The notes under the pieces were generated by a model. The model did not search any database. It had not been told where the DNA came from and saw only the letters and a program-made list of their open reading frames with translations. Below, in pieces: positions 43,815 through 57,289 of a stretch of 64,000 nt of DNA (its first letter is position 1; each line of letters starts with the position of its first letter). A program made the position numbers and the translations under genes. Source of the DNA: Lepidodermella squamata (Eukaryota > Animalia > Gastrotricha); the NCBI GenBank assembly GCA_047495785.1, contig JBLDXI010000002.1, positions 1,984,001 to 2,048,000 on the forward strand, in the 5' to 3' direction.

Positions 43815-44976
43815 TCAAGAGCTTGAAGTTGTTCCCCTCTGGGTTATCCTCCTAATTTTGACCATTTCTTGAGTTGTTGTAGTGGCTGGAGTAGTTGTTG
43901 ACGTGGCCAAAGTCGGCTCGGATTCGCGCGATTTTTCAACATTTTTTATCAGGAAAGCAATTTTAATATCGTGCGGGAAGCTGCAGAAATCTGTAAAAAA
44001 GGTAAAAGGTTTTTTAACTTTTCTTAGGTTTCATAGGACTGGCAAGGTGTTATAAACAAAACTTCAAGGCATTTTTCCAGTCTTTAGTTTAATTTTTGAA
44101 AAAATTAAGAAATATGAAGAAATAACATCAATAGGCTTTACCTCCATCGCCGCAATAATAAGAAGGAGTTAGGACGACAATAGGCGATTTGACTAAGACC
44201 AGGTAATGATTGAGTATGCTTTCGTCATGCCAAACGGGCGTAATCTGCTTCGACATATCACTCCTAGCACACGCCTCCATAAAGTGCCACAAATTCATAA
44301 CTTCCTCCTTCTTGCCGCCATAAAACGCCCCGCTGTAATACATATTCCCCAGGTGAGACGGGACACTGGCACAAGATTCCGGGTTCTGCTCGAACGGAAA
44401 ATTTGACCGTCGATCACCGAAGTGAAAGTGATGCCAAACCGCGACGAGGTCGTTCAAAATCTCTGGCCCGATGATGCCGGTGAATTTAACATCGGAATCC
44501 AAATTGAACATGTAGTCCAAATCACTTCGTTCGAAAACATCAGTTGAGTTCAGGTACATTTCCGGCCTTAGCATAGAGTCTCCCGGCCATTCAAGCCTAT
44601 CTTGTTTGATGACAACCACGTCGTTTCCGGTCGGCGCTTCTTTCATGCGATTTGTGTAGATGAAATAAGTCACCCTGTAGTACTTAGGGTTCGGTACACC
44701 GGTGAAGAGGTATTTTCGGCCCGATGTGATGAGATCATGCGTGAAATTGATGTAGTTGCCCAGTGCAACGATGAAGAAGCCTATTCGTATCACGCGATGA
44801 TTACCATCGTGCTTAATCGGCGTGAATGTCTCCTCTTCAATGACGCTTTGTAGCTCCTTCAACTGCCAGTAGTGGTCCGAAAGATTTGATCGAATCGACA
44901 GGCAGAAAACGAAAGTGAACACAATGATTAATCCGAGGAGGAAAGCTCTGTTAGTTAAGTAGGCAATGCACAGCAT
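43815..44976 (-). CDS. GT6-family (ABO/Forssman/alpha-1,3-GalT-like) glycosyltransferase (2 exons)
   Basis: TM anchor; IGFFIVALGNY, WPGDSMLR, DYMFNLDSD (DxD), YYSGAFYGG, WHDESILN, VLTPSY. Short second exon ends at 43815. Confidence 0.9.
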
Positions 44977-45758
44977 TGTCTCATAGTTGTTTTTTGCCAG
45001 GAGTTTTGGTTAGGCTGTGATGATCTTCAAATAATGTTTTGTTTTTTACTACAAAGGGTTTTTTGCGCCATGCCAATGTGTATACGTGTATGCGAGAGCC
45101 CACAGGTGAAGGCGCTACGTTTGAGTGTGTTTTTATGAATGTGTTATAGGGTTATTCAATGTATATGGTGTATACGCACCGGTAACAGCGTAAAAACAAT
45201 CGCGGAGTTGTTAGTAATTTGTGAATTAGTTTTTCACGAGCAAGGCATTTCGATGCACTGGAAAAAGTTTGCAAATTTTTGTGTCAATGAGCCAAGGAAG
45301 AAATGTCCTAATCATAAGGAAATTTTAAATTATCGCTTTCTAAATTATTATTTTGTTTTTCTGGAGCAAATTATCAGTATTTGCCTGCGATAAACGGGCT
45401 AGGACAAGGGCAAAGTTTCCCATTGTTCATTGGGCCTTGATTGTATCGCAATTTTAGTTTTCTCAGTCAAATCCACTCAAATGATGCACTCCATGGATCC
45501 GTCTTGTTTGGGTCGTACTCATAACAGGCGGGGTGGGAACCGTTCAATCGGAGGCGTCTTACACAATGTTTACATGAATGCAATTAAATCTTACACTTAT
45601 AAATCACCAACAATCTTATATGAAGACCGGTGGTATTGGAAAATACCCAACAGAGGGCTCATTCATCACCACGCTTTTTGCAAATTCAAGTTTATTGACC
45701 GTTTAATTGCAGGTTAACAGCAAGTTAATAGGAACAGCAGAAAAATTGAAGCCAGGTA

Positions 45759-47893
45759 TTAATTTTCAGCCGATAATCTAGCGCCCGCATTCATGAGAAT
45801 TTCATTTGTTCTCAACACATCTACGTCTTTAACACCTAAAGCGGGCTGACGAGCTAACTGCAGAGCGGTGTGCCCATTTCTGCCGGCAGCGTTCACGTTT
45901 GCTCGAAATTCATTGATCAGCGTTGCGACAACTGCGTGTTGGCCCATAACTGAAGCGACCATTAATGGTGTGAAGCCATTAACATCGGCTGCCTCAACCT
46001 TGGCCGCGAACTGGCCAGCAAGCGCCTTCACCACCTCGACGTGGCCATTCATGGCAGCGATGTACAATGGTGTAGCGCCTTGACTATTGGTTGCCTCAAC
46101 ATTTGCCTTGTAACGGCCAGCCAGCGTCTTAACCACCTCGAGGTGGCCATTCTGGGCGGCCACAAAAAATGGCCTAGCACCAAGACCATTGTATGCCTCA
46201 ACATTGGCCTTGAAACGGCCAGCCAGAATATCAACAACGTCATTGTAGCCCCTTGAAGCGGCAAGGAGCAGAAGTGGATTTTCGCCTTCGCCATCCCTGC
46301 AGTCGGCAATCAAGCCAAGCTGCTTGTCAGACAGCAGTTGAATTAATTTGGAGAGATCTTTTTCCTTGCTAACACAGTCGATGAGCATCTGGAATTGCAA
46401 TAGCGTTTACTCATGAATCACTCAGACTTCCATAGTTCATAAAAACAACCTGTACGTTCCTAGGGTCAGGGTGAATGGCAGGCATCTGTCACAAGATAAA
46501 TGTAATAAGTTTATGAGTTTAGCTCCGAAACCAAGCTGAAGCGGTTTAAGGAAGATTCACCGGAATTTCAGATGGATTAATATCTGAACTTCTTTGTGGC
46601 ATTGGCACTGTGGCATTTGCAGTAGCATCTGCCTCGATTGTTTGACGTAAAAAGCTACTCCTATGAAGCTGCTCTGCAGTCGCCCGGCGATCAACTTCTC
46701 TCTCAAGCATCGACATGATGAATTTTCGAAGTTCAGCTGAATACCCTCGAGACTCGTCAAATGCTCTGGGAGTGTCCCTGATTGAGAAGATGATATTATT
46801 TTGTTTCAAAGTTGGAGCCAGCTTACTGTATGATTGCGCTTTGGTAGTCAAACTGAAAGGGATAAGGTACAATTCGTTTTTCGAATTTTCTTAAGAGCGC
46901 GGCTATTCATACGTACGAATATATGTACAAATATCCAAAACGGCGTGCATAAATAATATACGTATCAATAGCCACTCTATTGTGTTATTCTTCTTACGGG
47001 TTTTGCGAAATTCGAGATTTCGAACAGCGTAACACCGACCGACCACCAGTCGCTCGCTGGCGTGTTTTTCTCCCCTTCAAAAAGCTCAGGAGGGGCGTAC
47101 AACACTGATGCCAAGCCAGTGACTGTCGTTTCAGACTCCCTGGAAGGATCTCATGCCATAAGTAAGGAAATCTTACACTCGGCTGGAACTTACGGGTTAA
47201 AAACCTTTGCGATACCAAAATCGCCTAGTTTCACGTTATTTCCCTTAAGAAAAACATTTTCTGGCTTGATGTCGCGATGTAAAATTGGGATTTCATGCAA
47301 TAACGTGACGGCCGAAACAAGTTGACGCGACCACTTTTGAATAAGTACTTCAGGTATTGGACATGTGGCTTCTTGATAGTATTTCGACAGATCACCACCC
47401 TCGCAAAACTCCATAACCAGGTAGTACATCAAATCCCCTTTTCTCACTTCATCAACCTCTGAAAATTAAAATGTCCAAGAAATGTATCGTTAAAATTATA
47501 GCGCGCCTGAACCCCACGAAACTCGAAGTGAGGAATTTTGCGCACTTATTTTTTATTTTTGAGATATTACCTTCGAAAGCTCCATAGATTCTAACAATGT
47601 TCGGGTGGCTGACTTGAGTTAATGTGACATGCTTTCATGTATATCTATCATTATATTGATTTACTTGAAAGAAAAAAACCTACCTCTTTTCGGGTCATAT
47701 CGACAATTTTATCAGCTGCTTTCTCATTGCCCACGATGCGACGTCGAATTTCAGACAGATTTGCTTCTTTGACGACATAATCGGCATAGTCGTTGTTTCG
47801 TTTGCAAAGCCACGCTGCTCCAAAGCCACCACTGCCTAGTCTTTCAACTTTCTCGAACTTGGACATTGACTTGTAAGGCGATGATGACGCCAT
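45759..47893 (-). CDS. NEK-like Ser/Thr kinase, probably continuing into C-terminal ankyrin repeats (multi-exon)
   Basis: LGSGGFG, YVVKE, HPNIV, VMEFCEGGDL, HRDIKPENVFL, KLGDFGIAK, YAPPE, SDWWSVG. Phase-0 introns 46560-46486 and 46449-46389 can link it to the ankyrin ORF (46388-45759). Two separate genes are also possible. Confidence 0.7.
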
Positions 47894-49628
47894 TTTAGCT
47901 CGAATAACAAGTGAAAACCAGCTTAACAATTAAAAAAATGCGGTCATTTATGGTTTATTGCTATAATGGGATATGGCAATGGTCGAGAAAGTAAAAGCCA
48001 ACGGAGATAAGACAAGCATACCAACTTATCTTTGTTTTGTTTGCACGTGTTTTGAGGAAACTCGAGTGATCGTCATCTCTTGGCTATCCAAGAAAATTAA
48101 TCCACTGCGGAAAATAAAGAACATAAAATTTATCATTTATCCGGTGGGGAGTGGTCGACTTTGGGACCATAAAGGCGGCCATTTTTTTGGAAGTTCCCAG
48201 CAAATTCCACTGTCCTATATTTGAACCGCAAAATAATAAACTAAGTAAACCAACAATTTTACTATTTCCCATTTACAGCGAATATTTATGAAATTCAATC
48301 GTATGCGACGAAATGTACAAAAATTTGAATACCTAAGCATTTCCAAAATCAAATGGTCCAAAATCAAAATCCAAAAGCAGTATTTACCACATATCGGGTA
48401 CAATAGACGGGTACGTTTGGATCATGCAAAAAAAACCCTGGCCTTCTTATTATAGGGTAGGTACAATCGAAGTTGCAGGGATCCTGCTGCGTTGGAAAAC
48501 CGTGAGCTACAGTTGGTCTGCTTCTTCAGCATCTGGTATATCTTACAGCTGCAATGTCATCAAAATAATGAAGAAACGCTATCGATTTTAATAATCAAAA
48601 TAATCGGTTATCGGTTATACAGGCTAGAGTAAAGAGTATAACTCGCAAGTTGGAGTTGAAATCAGTTGAATTAGTCACAATTAGTCCTTGACCTTTCAAC
48701 TTTTATGGCCAGCATATATTTTGAATTTTTTCACTTGAATGTTTTTAATTTTTCGAAAATTTACATCCAACTCATTTTATGGCGAAATAATGTCAGAAAT
48801 AATGCATCCCCATTTTTAAAAATCGAGGTGTGAATAAATAATAAATCTGTTTTTGTCATCTGGCTGGTTTTTAGCGGAAAAACGCAGTTGCTTCTGGCGA
48901 AAGGTGTATATAAGCAATTGCACACCACGCAAGCTGTCGGGTCAAGAAGAAGAAGCGAATTCATATTTATAATATTAAGGCGGAAATGCGAAACTAGCGG
49001 CGTTTCGCACGCATGCCGCAGCAGATGCACAGATGCTGATAGTGCATGCGACTTGGCGTCAGTGCTGACGAAATTTGAAGAGTGGCTAAAACGATGCGAC
49101 AAGAATTTGACCGCTGAGCCGCTTTAATGTACCCGAGCGCAGCCGCAAAATAATGACTTGTCCACGTATAAACAATGTAACTATGTTGGCGACGGCAGAT
49201 TGTTGGAGTTTCTCGCAAACAAGAACATATTACCTACCTGCCTTCCTAAAAGCGCGGAAATTTTATCAATAGAGGCCGCTTTGAATTATTTCATAATATA
49301 TCAAAGTACTGCGCGGCGCATCGTTTATGAAGCGCGCGCGCGCGCGGCTCCGTCTCGTGTTTTATCGCCAATGATACTGAAAAATAATGCATTTCTAGCT
49401 TAGATGTTTATTTATTTCGCGGCTGTTTCTTAATTTTTGCTAATGGGGAACACGGTTGCTTTTTGACATGGCGACGGCTTCTAAATGCTCGAGATAAATT
49501 TCACCACAAAAAAAACATTTGTTATCATTATAATAAAACCGTTTATTATCAGTATTTATTTTTTAATCTACCTTAATATTATTTTTTTTGCTAAATTTTA
49601 TTTTCCAAATTTTTAGCTTCGAATCGAG

Positions 49629-52364
49629 ATGGCCTCGTTAATATTGTTTTTATATTGCCTCATCGGTTGTATCACCCTGGTTTTCGGCATAGAAACGTTA
49701 ACATGGCCGTCGAAAGTAACGCAAACAACTCAACCAGCCGTGAATTTTACAAACGAACCGATTTCCAGCTTAAATAACGAAACAACCACCTCGAGAACTA
49801 CGCCTGTTATTGGGACTCTTTTTGTCAACGGTGAAACAACGACCGCGAACGTAACCTGTACTGGATTGGTAGCTAATGGGCTATTGTCGGTAATTAGTGT
49901 CGTTTCCTGCGATGAGTTGGCAAATAATGGATATCGATTAACGGATGACAAAAGCTACTCACCCGGAACTGTGGTCCAGTTGGTTTGCGATCCTGGTTAC
50001 AAGGTCGTTAACGGAGATGGATTCGCGGTTTGTCTAGCCGATGGCATGTGGCTACCGCTAATAGGCCAATGTGAAAGTAAGAAATCGAAAATTTTATATC
50101 AAGGCAATAAATTTAAGGCGGATATTTTATAGAGGCCGTTACATGTGAGCCACTGCCGCCGTACATTATGAACGGCGCCATCGAGTCGCAGTCCGAAAGC
50201 AGCTGGGCGGCTGATGCTTCGATTAATTTTATCCCCGGGTCATGGGTGAGATACCGTTGCGATTTCGGCTATCACGTCAAGGGCGCATCTACTCTCGTTT
50301 GCGCCGATTCAGGTCTCAATTTATTTAATTTCTTAAGCCGTATTTTACCTGCATTACAATACTTTAGGACAGTGGTCGAATCCACCCCCGGAATGTGTGA
50401 TGGTTCGTTTTTTAATTTTATTGCTTTGTTTTTTTATTTTTTTATTTATTAGACAAGAGATTTATTTGCGGCCGCATCGGCTTATTGGATGTCACCTCGG
50501 CAGCCAGCCAGATTCGAGGCATGTGGCGATGCTTCGGCGGCGAACATCGTTATGGCCGATCCTATTGATCCCAGCCAAGCATTAGTAGTTTGCTGGTCAG
50601 GCGAAATTTCAGTAAGAAATATTATTTTTAATTTTATTAAAAAAAACTCCTTAACCCTCCCACGAGTTTTACGCTTATATTCCGTATCTTTATGATTCAT
50701 CATAGTTTTTTATGCTTACGTGTACCTCTTTGGTGCAAATGCGTTTTTTAACCCCGAAAATGCAGTTTTGAGAGAACATATTAGTTCAAAGCTTATTTTA
50801 ACCTGGGAAATTATAAAAAATTATGAATTCTTCAAATTAAAATTAATTGGAGGAGGATTCTCATCGTAAGCAAAAATAGAAGCTGGATAATTATTGAAAA
50901 GAAAACCATCGAGCTGCGAAAATTTAATCGTTGTAGCGCGTGAATCTACAGTGTGTCCCAGAATTAACGACGCAAACAAAGGAAATGCACGGGAAAGATG
51001 CAGGAAAGGGGTCGGAAATTCTAAAATGAGAGGGGAAGTCATATACCATTGCCAGAAAAATCTTAAAAAATCGAAAATGCCATAAGAATAGTAATTAAGT
51101 ATGTCTCTTATTAATGGGATTAAAAAAATCCGAAGAAACTTGATCCAACCAGGTAAAAACCCAAAATTACCGAACAGTTAATCGTGGGAAAAAATGGAAG
51201 ATTCTTTGGGTTAAAATTAAAAAAAATGAGTTTAATTTCCTTAAACGATTTGCAAAACTTATGGGACACGCTGTATGAAAAAATTGAACAAATCCATGAT
51301 TTTTTCACATATAATTTTTACTTATTTCTTGCCTTTCTCTTTAGTCTTTGAACGTCGATTGCACAACGGTGATATGGCGATCGCACGTGTTGCTGCCAAC
51401 CAACGTTCACGGCGGCATTTGGTACGCGGCCATCGACAAGGCGCAACAACGCGTTTACTTCACGCTGGCGGCGAAAGACGGCATATTCTACGCCGATTAC
51501 GCGTCACTTTATTCGGGCGATGACGTTGAACTCAAGTACTTCGTCGATGGGTCGAATGAAAAACGATCCTACTACGGCATTGCTATCGATTCGGCTAGTC
51601 GCGTTCTATACTGCTGCGATCCTTATGCAGGTAGGAATTTTCAAGGTCACAAAAAAATTCCGATTAATTTGACTCATTCAGACATGTCAATTGGCGTTTG
51701 GTCTCTTGATACTGGCGGAATGTTGGGAAAAATCGCAAAACCCAGCGCGTTGAGTGTTTTCCAACCGTCCAACATCGCTCTTTCCTTACATTCAGGCGAC
51801 GCTGGTTATCAGCTATTAGCAATAGGTATGAAGTTTCGAATAAAATATCGCCATTTTACATCGATATTCTCCAGCCGATTGGAATAATGATCTCGTTCAT
51901 CTTTTCCGTGCGACAATCGACGATCAACAGAAGACCTTTATCAGCTATATTTCGACTGTTTCAAATGGAAGTTTGAATTCAGCAGTGGAACCTGCTCTTG
52001 GAAACGTCCTCGGCCCATCAGGCCTTTACTTCGACGCGGCTAATAATCTCGTTGTTGCTGATAATTTGAATACAAGAATTCAGGTTTTATACGCTAAATT
52101 TAATAAATCCTCCTTAAATTTTAAATTAATACCACTCAGGTGTTTATTCCGGAGTTCAGTCGAAAGAAGCCGCTTAGTTACCAAGCGTCATGGGCATTTT
52201 CCGATCTCGGTTCCGGCGCGGCTTCTGTAACGGCTCTTATCGATAACGGGAAAATCAACGGCCGGAGTGAGTCGAACTCGCAGCGAAATATGGCTCATTC
52301 GCGACTACCCCGGCCTGTCCTACTGGCTGGGCTTGAATCTGGTGAAGTTGTGTGCCTAAAGTAG
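49629..52364 (+). CDS. Secreted protein with two sushi/CCP domains and an NHL/beta-propeller-like region (multi-exon)
   Basis: Signal peptide; YSPGTVVQLVCDPGYKVVNG...CLADGMW; GSWVRYRCDFGYHVKG...CADSG; YYGIAID, PSNIAL, GPSGLYFD...VVADNLNTRIQ. Confidence 0.7.
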
Positions 52365-52518
52365 GAAGTGCTCAAGTACAAAATTTATTATACTATATTA
52401 TGCTGATTCGTTTCTACAAAAATCGAATATATTAATAAAAAGAAAAGGCCAATCGAAATTTTTGATCTTTTTTAATTTAATTTTTAGTCGTAGGATTTGA
52501 TGGAAAAGCGATATCATA

Positions 52519-52679
52519 ATTATGACTCAAAAATGAAAAACCAGTCGCCTAATCCGACATGTTTCAGCTTTTATTCAGCCATCTTCAGGGTCTTACTTGT
52601 TGTCAGACCCTGAAGATGGCTGAATAAAAGCTGAAACATGTCGGATTAGGCGACTGGTTTTTCATTTTTGAGTCATAAT
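52519..52679. repeat. Perfect 75-bp-arm palindrome, remnant of a Penelope-like element pLTR
   Basis: 52519-52593 is the exact reverse complement of 52605-52679, with an 11-nt loop. Confidence 0.85.
52606..52646 (+). ncRNA. Minimal type I hammerhead ribozyme motif (mirror copy on the minus strand at about 52552-52592)
   Basis: CC-CTGAAGA-T-GGCT-gaataaa-AGCT-GAA-ACATGT-C-GG: CUGANGA and GAAA core boxes, 4-bp stem II, palindromic stem III (ACAUGU) and a GUC cleavage triplet. Confidence 0.7.
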
Positions 52680-53076
52680 CTTTTTTAATTTGATATAATT
52701 CGATAGACAGAACGTATTTATAGGTCACGTGTTATTTTCTCGTTAAATACGCTCGCAAAATGCCTAAAAAGGATTCTTCCCGGATACAATTTCTAATAGG
52801 ATTCAGGAAGTAAAGTAGTCTTTTTCCTGTTTTGAATGACTGCATTCCACCTTTTGTTTTTTCTGCCTTCATGCCTAATTACATGAGTTTCATAATAGCC
52901 AATTAATAAAATGCTATTTAATGCGTGGCTTTGTAATAATTGGGTGAAAAAATGCTATTAGCCGACTTAGGAATTTATCAAATTGCCTTATTTACGAACG
53001 CACTAAAAAAATATGTTTAGCATGTTTTTTTGTGTTTATTGCCATAGGTAAAAATAGCAAAATTATTGGGTATTAT

Positions 53077-53896
53077 TTAGTCACAAATGTTCATTTCACC
53101 GTCATTTAAAGATTCGGATAGGCTTTTCGTTATCACCTTATCCTTGAATCGACGATTTTGAAACCAAATCTGCAATGAAAATGAAAAAATCAGAAATTAA
53201 TTGACGAGTTTTATTAAAAATCTACCTTAATTTGCTGCGGGGTCAAGTTGAGTTTTTTCGCCAATTCGACGCGTTGATCCGGTGAGATGAAATTATTTTG
53301 CGCATAGGCGCTGCGTAACATTGCAGTTTGTTCAAATTTCAACATTCGCTTCGGGCCGGCTGGGCGACTGCTCGATTTGCTTGCTTTCCTAACATTAACC
53401 GCACCTTCTTTCGCCCCGGTGAGCCCCTGGTCTGTAAAGACACCCGGCGACACAGCTCGCTCGTTCGACTGCCAGTCGTTGAAGCGTGACGGATTTTCAT
53501 CTGAATTCGTTTGGCAAGCCGCATCGCCATCAACTGGAATCGATATCGATGTCTGACATGCTACTGATGATATCGAGGGTGGACTAGTTGAGGTGGATGG
53601 CCTCGCCAACGATTTCGAGTAGAATTGCGATGATGGTGCGATGGTTGGGAAGTCAGTTTTCAGCCTTTTCGTATTATTCACCAATTTGTCAGAAAATTTT
53701 AACAATGCAGTTCTGAAAAATTAAACATAAATCGTTGTGATTTTGATCTCGATTTGATTTACTTGTATTTATCGAAGTAAATCGCGTCGTCGCGAATGTT
53801 ATTTAATGAACCGAGCTCGGTTAGTAGAATCGCGATATCGCCCATCACCGAGCCGACGAATTCGTTTGAAGCCTCGGGTGAGTCGTCGAAAAACAT
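53077..53896 (-). CDS. Divergent ANTP-class homeobox gene (3 exons)
   Basis: NNFISPDQRVELAKKLNLTPQQIK|IWFQNRRFKDK, split by an intron before WFQNRR; Q50. Confidence 0.8.
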
Positions 53897-54691
53897 TGCT
53901 ATTGCTGTTAAATGAAATTGCTGTTGGAATTCAACCACAAATGCTGGGAACTAGAACGCGCTAAACTTGTCGTATTGAGGCGAAGCGCACGCACGCAAAA
54001 TCGTGTTGTACAACATGGACGTCTTATCACACAAAAACATTTTTTTTTATTCAATTTTTTATCCATCGTCAAAAATTGAACACGCATTAGGTGAACACTT
54101 CGCACTCATACCTTTCATTTGTATATAATACTAGGCCGCGTACAGCTTGTTGAAAGTGTTGTGAACGCGCGCATACCTTGGACACTTAAATGTATTATCC
54201 TCAAGCTTTTTCAGGCATTTTTACATACTAGCCGCTTGTACACACCTGCACATTTTTTATGTTTTTTTCTCGAGTGTTTTTAAACAAGCTCAGCTTTTTT
54301 GAGCTATTTTTAGCCGAAGGGACTCAACATCGCGATAGTGTTATACTTTTTCACACTTTTTTGCTGTTATAATTATCCTGGCTATTGTTAATTTGTTTGG
54401 TACCAACAGCATTATTTGTGTAGATTAAAAAATATGCATAAGCCGTAACCCTGGCTCAAGACATCGAATAAAATAATAGAAAAATCATAGAAAATTCAGG
54501 CGAAAAATCTGAAGAGAATCCGTCTGTGTTTATATAGCAGCCAAAAAATGCGACGCAATACTCAAAACATTTACAAAAAATGAGACAATAAACTTCATTC
54601 ATTGAGTTTTTTTTGATTCATTCAAGACCTGTCAAAAAGGTGTCGCAGCGCCTTGTCCGACATTTTATATCATCTTCGCCTAAATAAAATT

Positions 54692-55033
54692 ATGAGTCTA
54701 CAGCCGCAATTGGTGCAGCCGAAACGAGGTTCAACGGCTCAAAATTACCCGTTCAAAGTGGAACCTATCGATTTGGCTGTTCAAGGAACGAAAATGGGCC
54801 CTGCGAAACAACAAACCTATAATATTACGGCGCAAAGTCAGCAGCAGCCGCCGAACGGAAGTCAGCAATTTTATTCGATTCCAGGGCATAACAGTGTTGT
54901 TCGCTTCGATACTGAGCCGAAAATAATTCGTTATCTCATCAGAGTGCCGAGCAAAAAGCCGAACCCAGCTGTGACGAGGCAGTCGGTTTTCGCCAAGATT
55001 TTATCGAAATTCTCGGCGAATAAACCCTATTAA
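54692..55033 (+). CDS. Small uncharacterised protein
   Basis: 113-codon ATG-initiated ORF with coding-like GC in an AT-rich context. Confidence 0.4.
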   Translation: MSLQPQLVQPKRGSTAQNYPFKVEPIDLAVQGTKMGPAKQQTYNITAQSQQQPPNGSQQFYSIPGHNSVVRFDTEPKIIRYLIRVPSKKPNPAVTRQSVFAKILSKFSANKPY

Positions 55034-55759
55034 TATTTACCCGTGAAAAATGTTGTCGATTATTTATTTCTGCGGTTGTTAATCTTATTGATTGATTTAC
55101 TGATGAGGCCTAAAATAAAATCTTAAATTTCGACTTATTAATCATTAAAAGAAATTGGAGTTTATTGCGGTGACCTAGTTATTTATAAGAGTTTTTTAGA
55201 TTATATTTAGCTGAATATAGCTCTTTTCGAATTTTCTAAAACTCGCAACCCTTTTTAATTGGGATTCTTCAATTTAATTTTACCAAAATTTAGAATTAAT
55301 TTCATCTACTTCTGAATATTGCCAAGACCGCTACATAATTCAGTATATCATTCGAATCCAAAAATATAAAATAATTCCGAGTTTTTTTCCAATTTCAAGA
55401 CTTTGTTAAAAACTTTTGTTAAAAACTTCAGTTTTCCTTAAAAGTCCCGCTCAAAGACTTGAACAGGATCCCGCACACCCTTATCATATTTTTGTTTTTC
55501 TTGGAGGATATTCGATATAAACCACGTGTTTGCATTCACGTCATCGTCTTTTTCAGTGATAATTAATTTTCGCCTACCAGGTACGTTTTTTTTATTCATA
55601 AGGTGTATCTTTTGACCGATCTCAAGGGCCTGTTAAAATTACTACCTTTTCACCGCATCGAGTAGTTTATAATAATTTAGCCCAAAACGCACGTTCTGCA
55701 GAAACGATGAGAGCTGCAAAATAATTGACGATTTTGGTTCAGTTTTTTTCCGCCCATTT

Positions 55760-56235
55760 TAATTCATTTAAAAAAACTGGCGACTAATATTGAGCAAAAT
55801 CCCCGACCGAGCAGTGCTAAGCCGCTGCCTGGTTCGGATCTACACAAAAAGCTGACTATATCCACGAGTAAGAAAGTCGTAGAAAATCCACCACCGAAGC
55901 CGGTTGAATTCGCTGAAGGCTGGTCCTCGAGGCTTCGCCGGGCAAAAACGGCACATCCTCAGCATAGAAGGATCTTCCAAATGCCAGCAACAATTCCGGA
56001 ATCAGGCCAATTGACAGTCGTCGAGCAGCCTAGAAGAAGAAGCCGCGACGAAAGCAGTTGTCAAAACGCCAGTGAAGAAATGATGCGGAAATCCGAGGAA
56101 GAAATCAGCCGAAAATCAGCTCGGCCTAAATCAGCAGCTGTTCGGCTGCCTTCATTTTTGACTAATGACTGCGATGATGACGCTTTCACAAGCAGACGCA
56201 AATCTTTCATAGTTGTATCTATGTTTAACAAATAA
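55760..56235 (+). CDS. Low-complexity basic/Ser-rich coding exon, start undefined
   Basis: GC-rich open frame including the ORF at 55981-56235; no recognisable domain. Confidence 0.3.
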
Positions 56236-56871
56236 TAATAATGAATAAAAAGTGCGCAGCAATATTATCAAGCCTTTAACCTGGTTGGATATGCTAGAAA
56301 AAAATGTATAAATTTTAATATCCGACGGTGAACGAGGTTCACAGACGAAACGATCGATATGAGCATTCTTTTAGAGGGTGCAACTTTACCACCGCACGAC
56401 ATGATCGATCTGCAGGCCAGATGAGGTACACAACGTTCAGAGATCGTGGTTTATTAGCTGATGATACTTTATTACGAATGACATTTCGTTCGAAACTTGC
56501 GAACTGTTGTGGGGATGGAGAAGATATGCATAACATTCACAAAGCATGATCAATGTTCGTGCATTTACTTGTATTAATACTTATTTCGCAGTTTCAAAAA
56601 TTGCATTTTTCCGCCGGATTTCAATTTTCGACAATTAATGTTTAATTATTAAATTAATTATAGATTTTATTCGCGGTGTAATCAGCTCTGGTCAGCTATT
56701 GAAATGCTGTAAGTTTCTCTTTTCGCTGTGATTTGAATGACTAGGTACATTACCAATAAATAGTTGGAATTTTTTAGTTTTTCAGCACCTGGATGGCGAC
56801 AATTTGCTATAAAAGCAAATTTTTGAAATTTAAATTGAAAATCATTTTTCATCTTTCATCTTCTCATTTTT

Positions 56872-57194
56872 GGTTCTATGTCAATTGAGCAAACGAAAAT
56901 TGAGCAACGAAAATAGAGCAAGGGCTTTTGAGCAACGATATTAGAGCAAACGAAATTAGAGCAAAACGACTTCTGAGCAAAACGAGATTAGAGCAAAACG
57001 ACACGAGAGCAAATTTAATAATTAATTGCAGCTGTTACTTATTGTAAATAAAATTTGCTCTCGTGTCGTTTTGCTCTAATTTCGTTTGCTCTCGTGTCGT
57101 TTTGCTCTAATTTCGTTTGCTCTAATATCGTTGCTCAAAAGCCCTTGCTCTATTTTCGTTGCTCAATTTTCGTTTGCTCAATTGGCATAGAACC
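56872..57194. mobile_element. Foldback-type MITE with tandem sub-repeats and 8-bp TSD
   Basis: ggttctatg.caattgagcaaacgaaaattgagcaacg... mirrored by ...cgtttgctcaattggcatagaacc. TCATTTTT occurs on both flanks. Confidence 0.85.
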
Positions 57195-57289
57195 TCATTT
57201 TTACACCGGAATCATTAAAAAAAATTTCAAAATTTAAATTGATTGTTTTCGTTAGTTTATTAATTATTTTTCCGTTTTATCATTTTTCG

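Noticed and set aside
56885-57180. Tandem ~14-bp GAGCAAACGAAATT repeats as a CRISPR-like array
   Set aside because: No unique spacers, a mirror arrangement with a TSD, and eukaryotic context: a foldback MITE.
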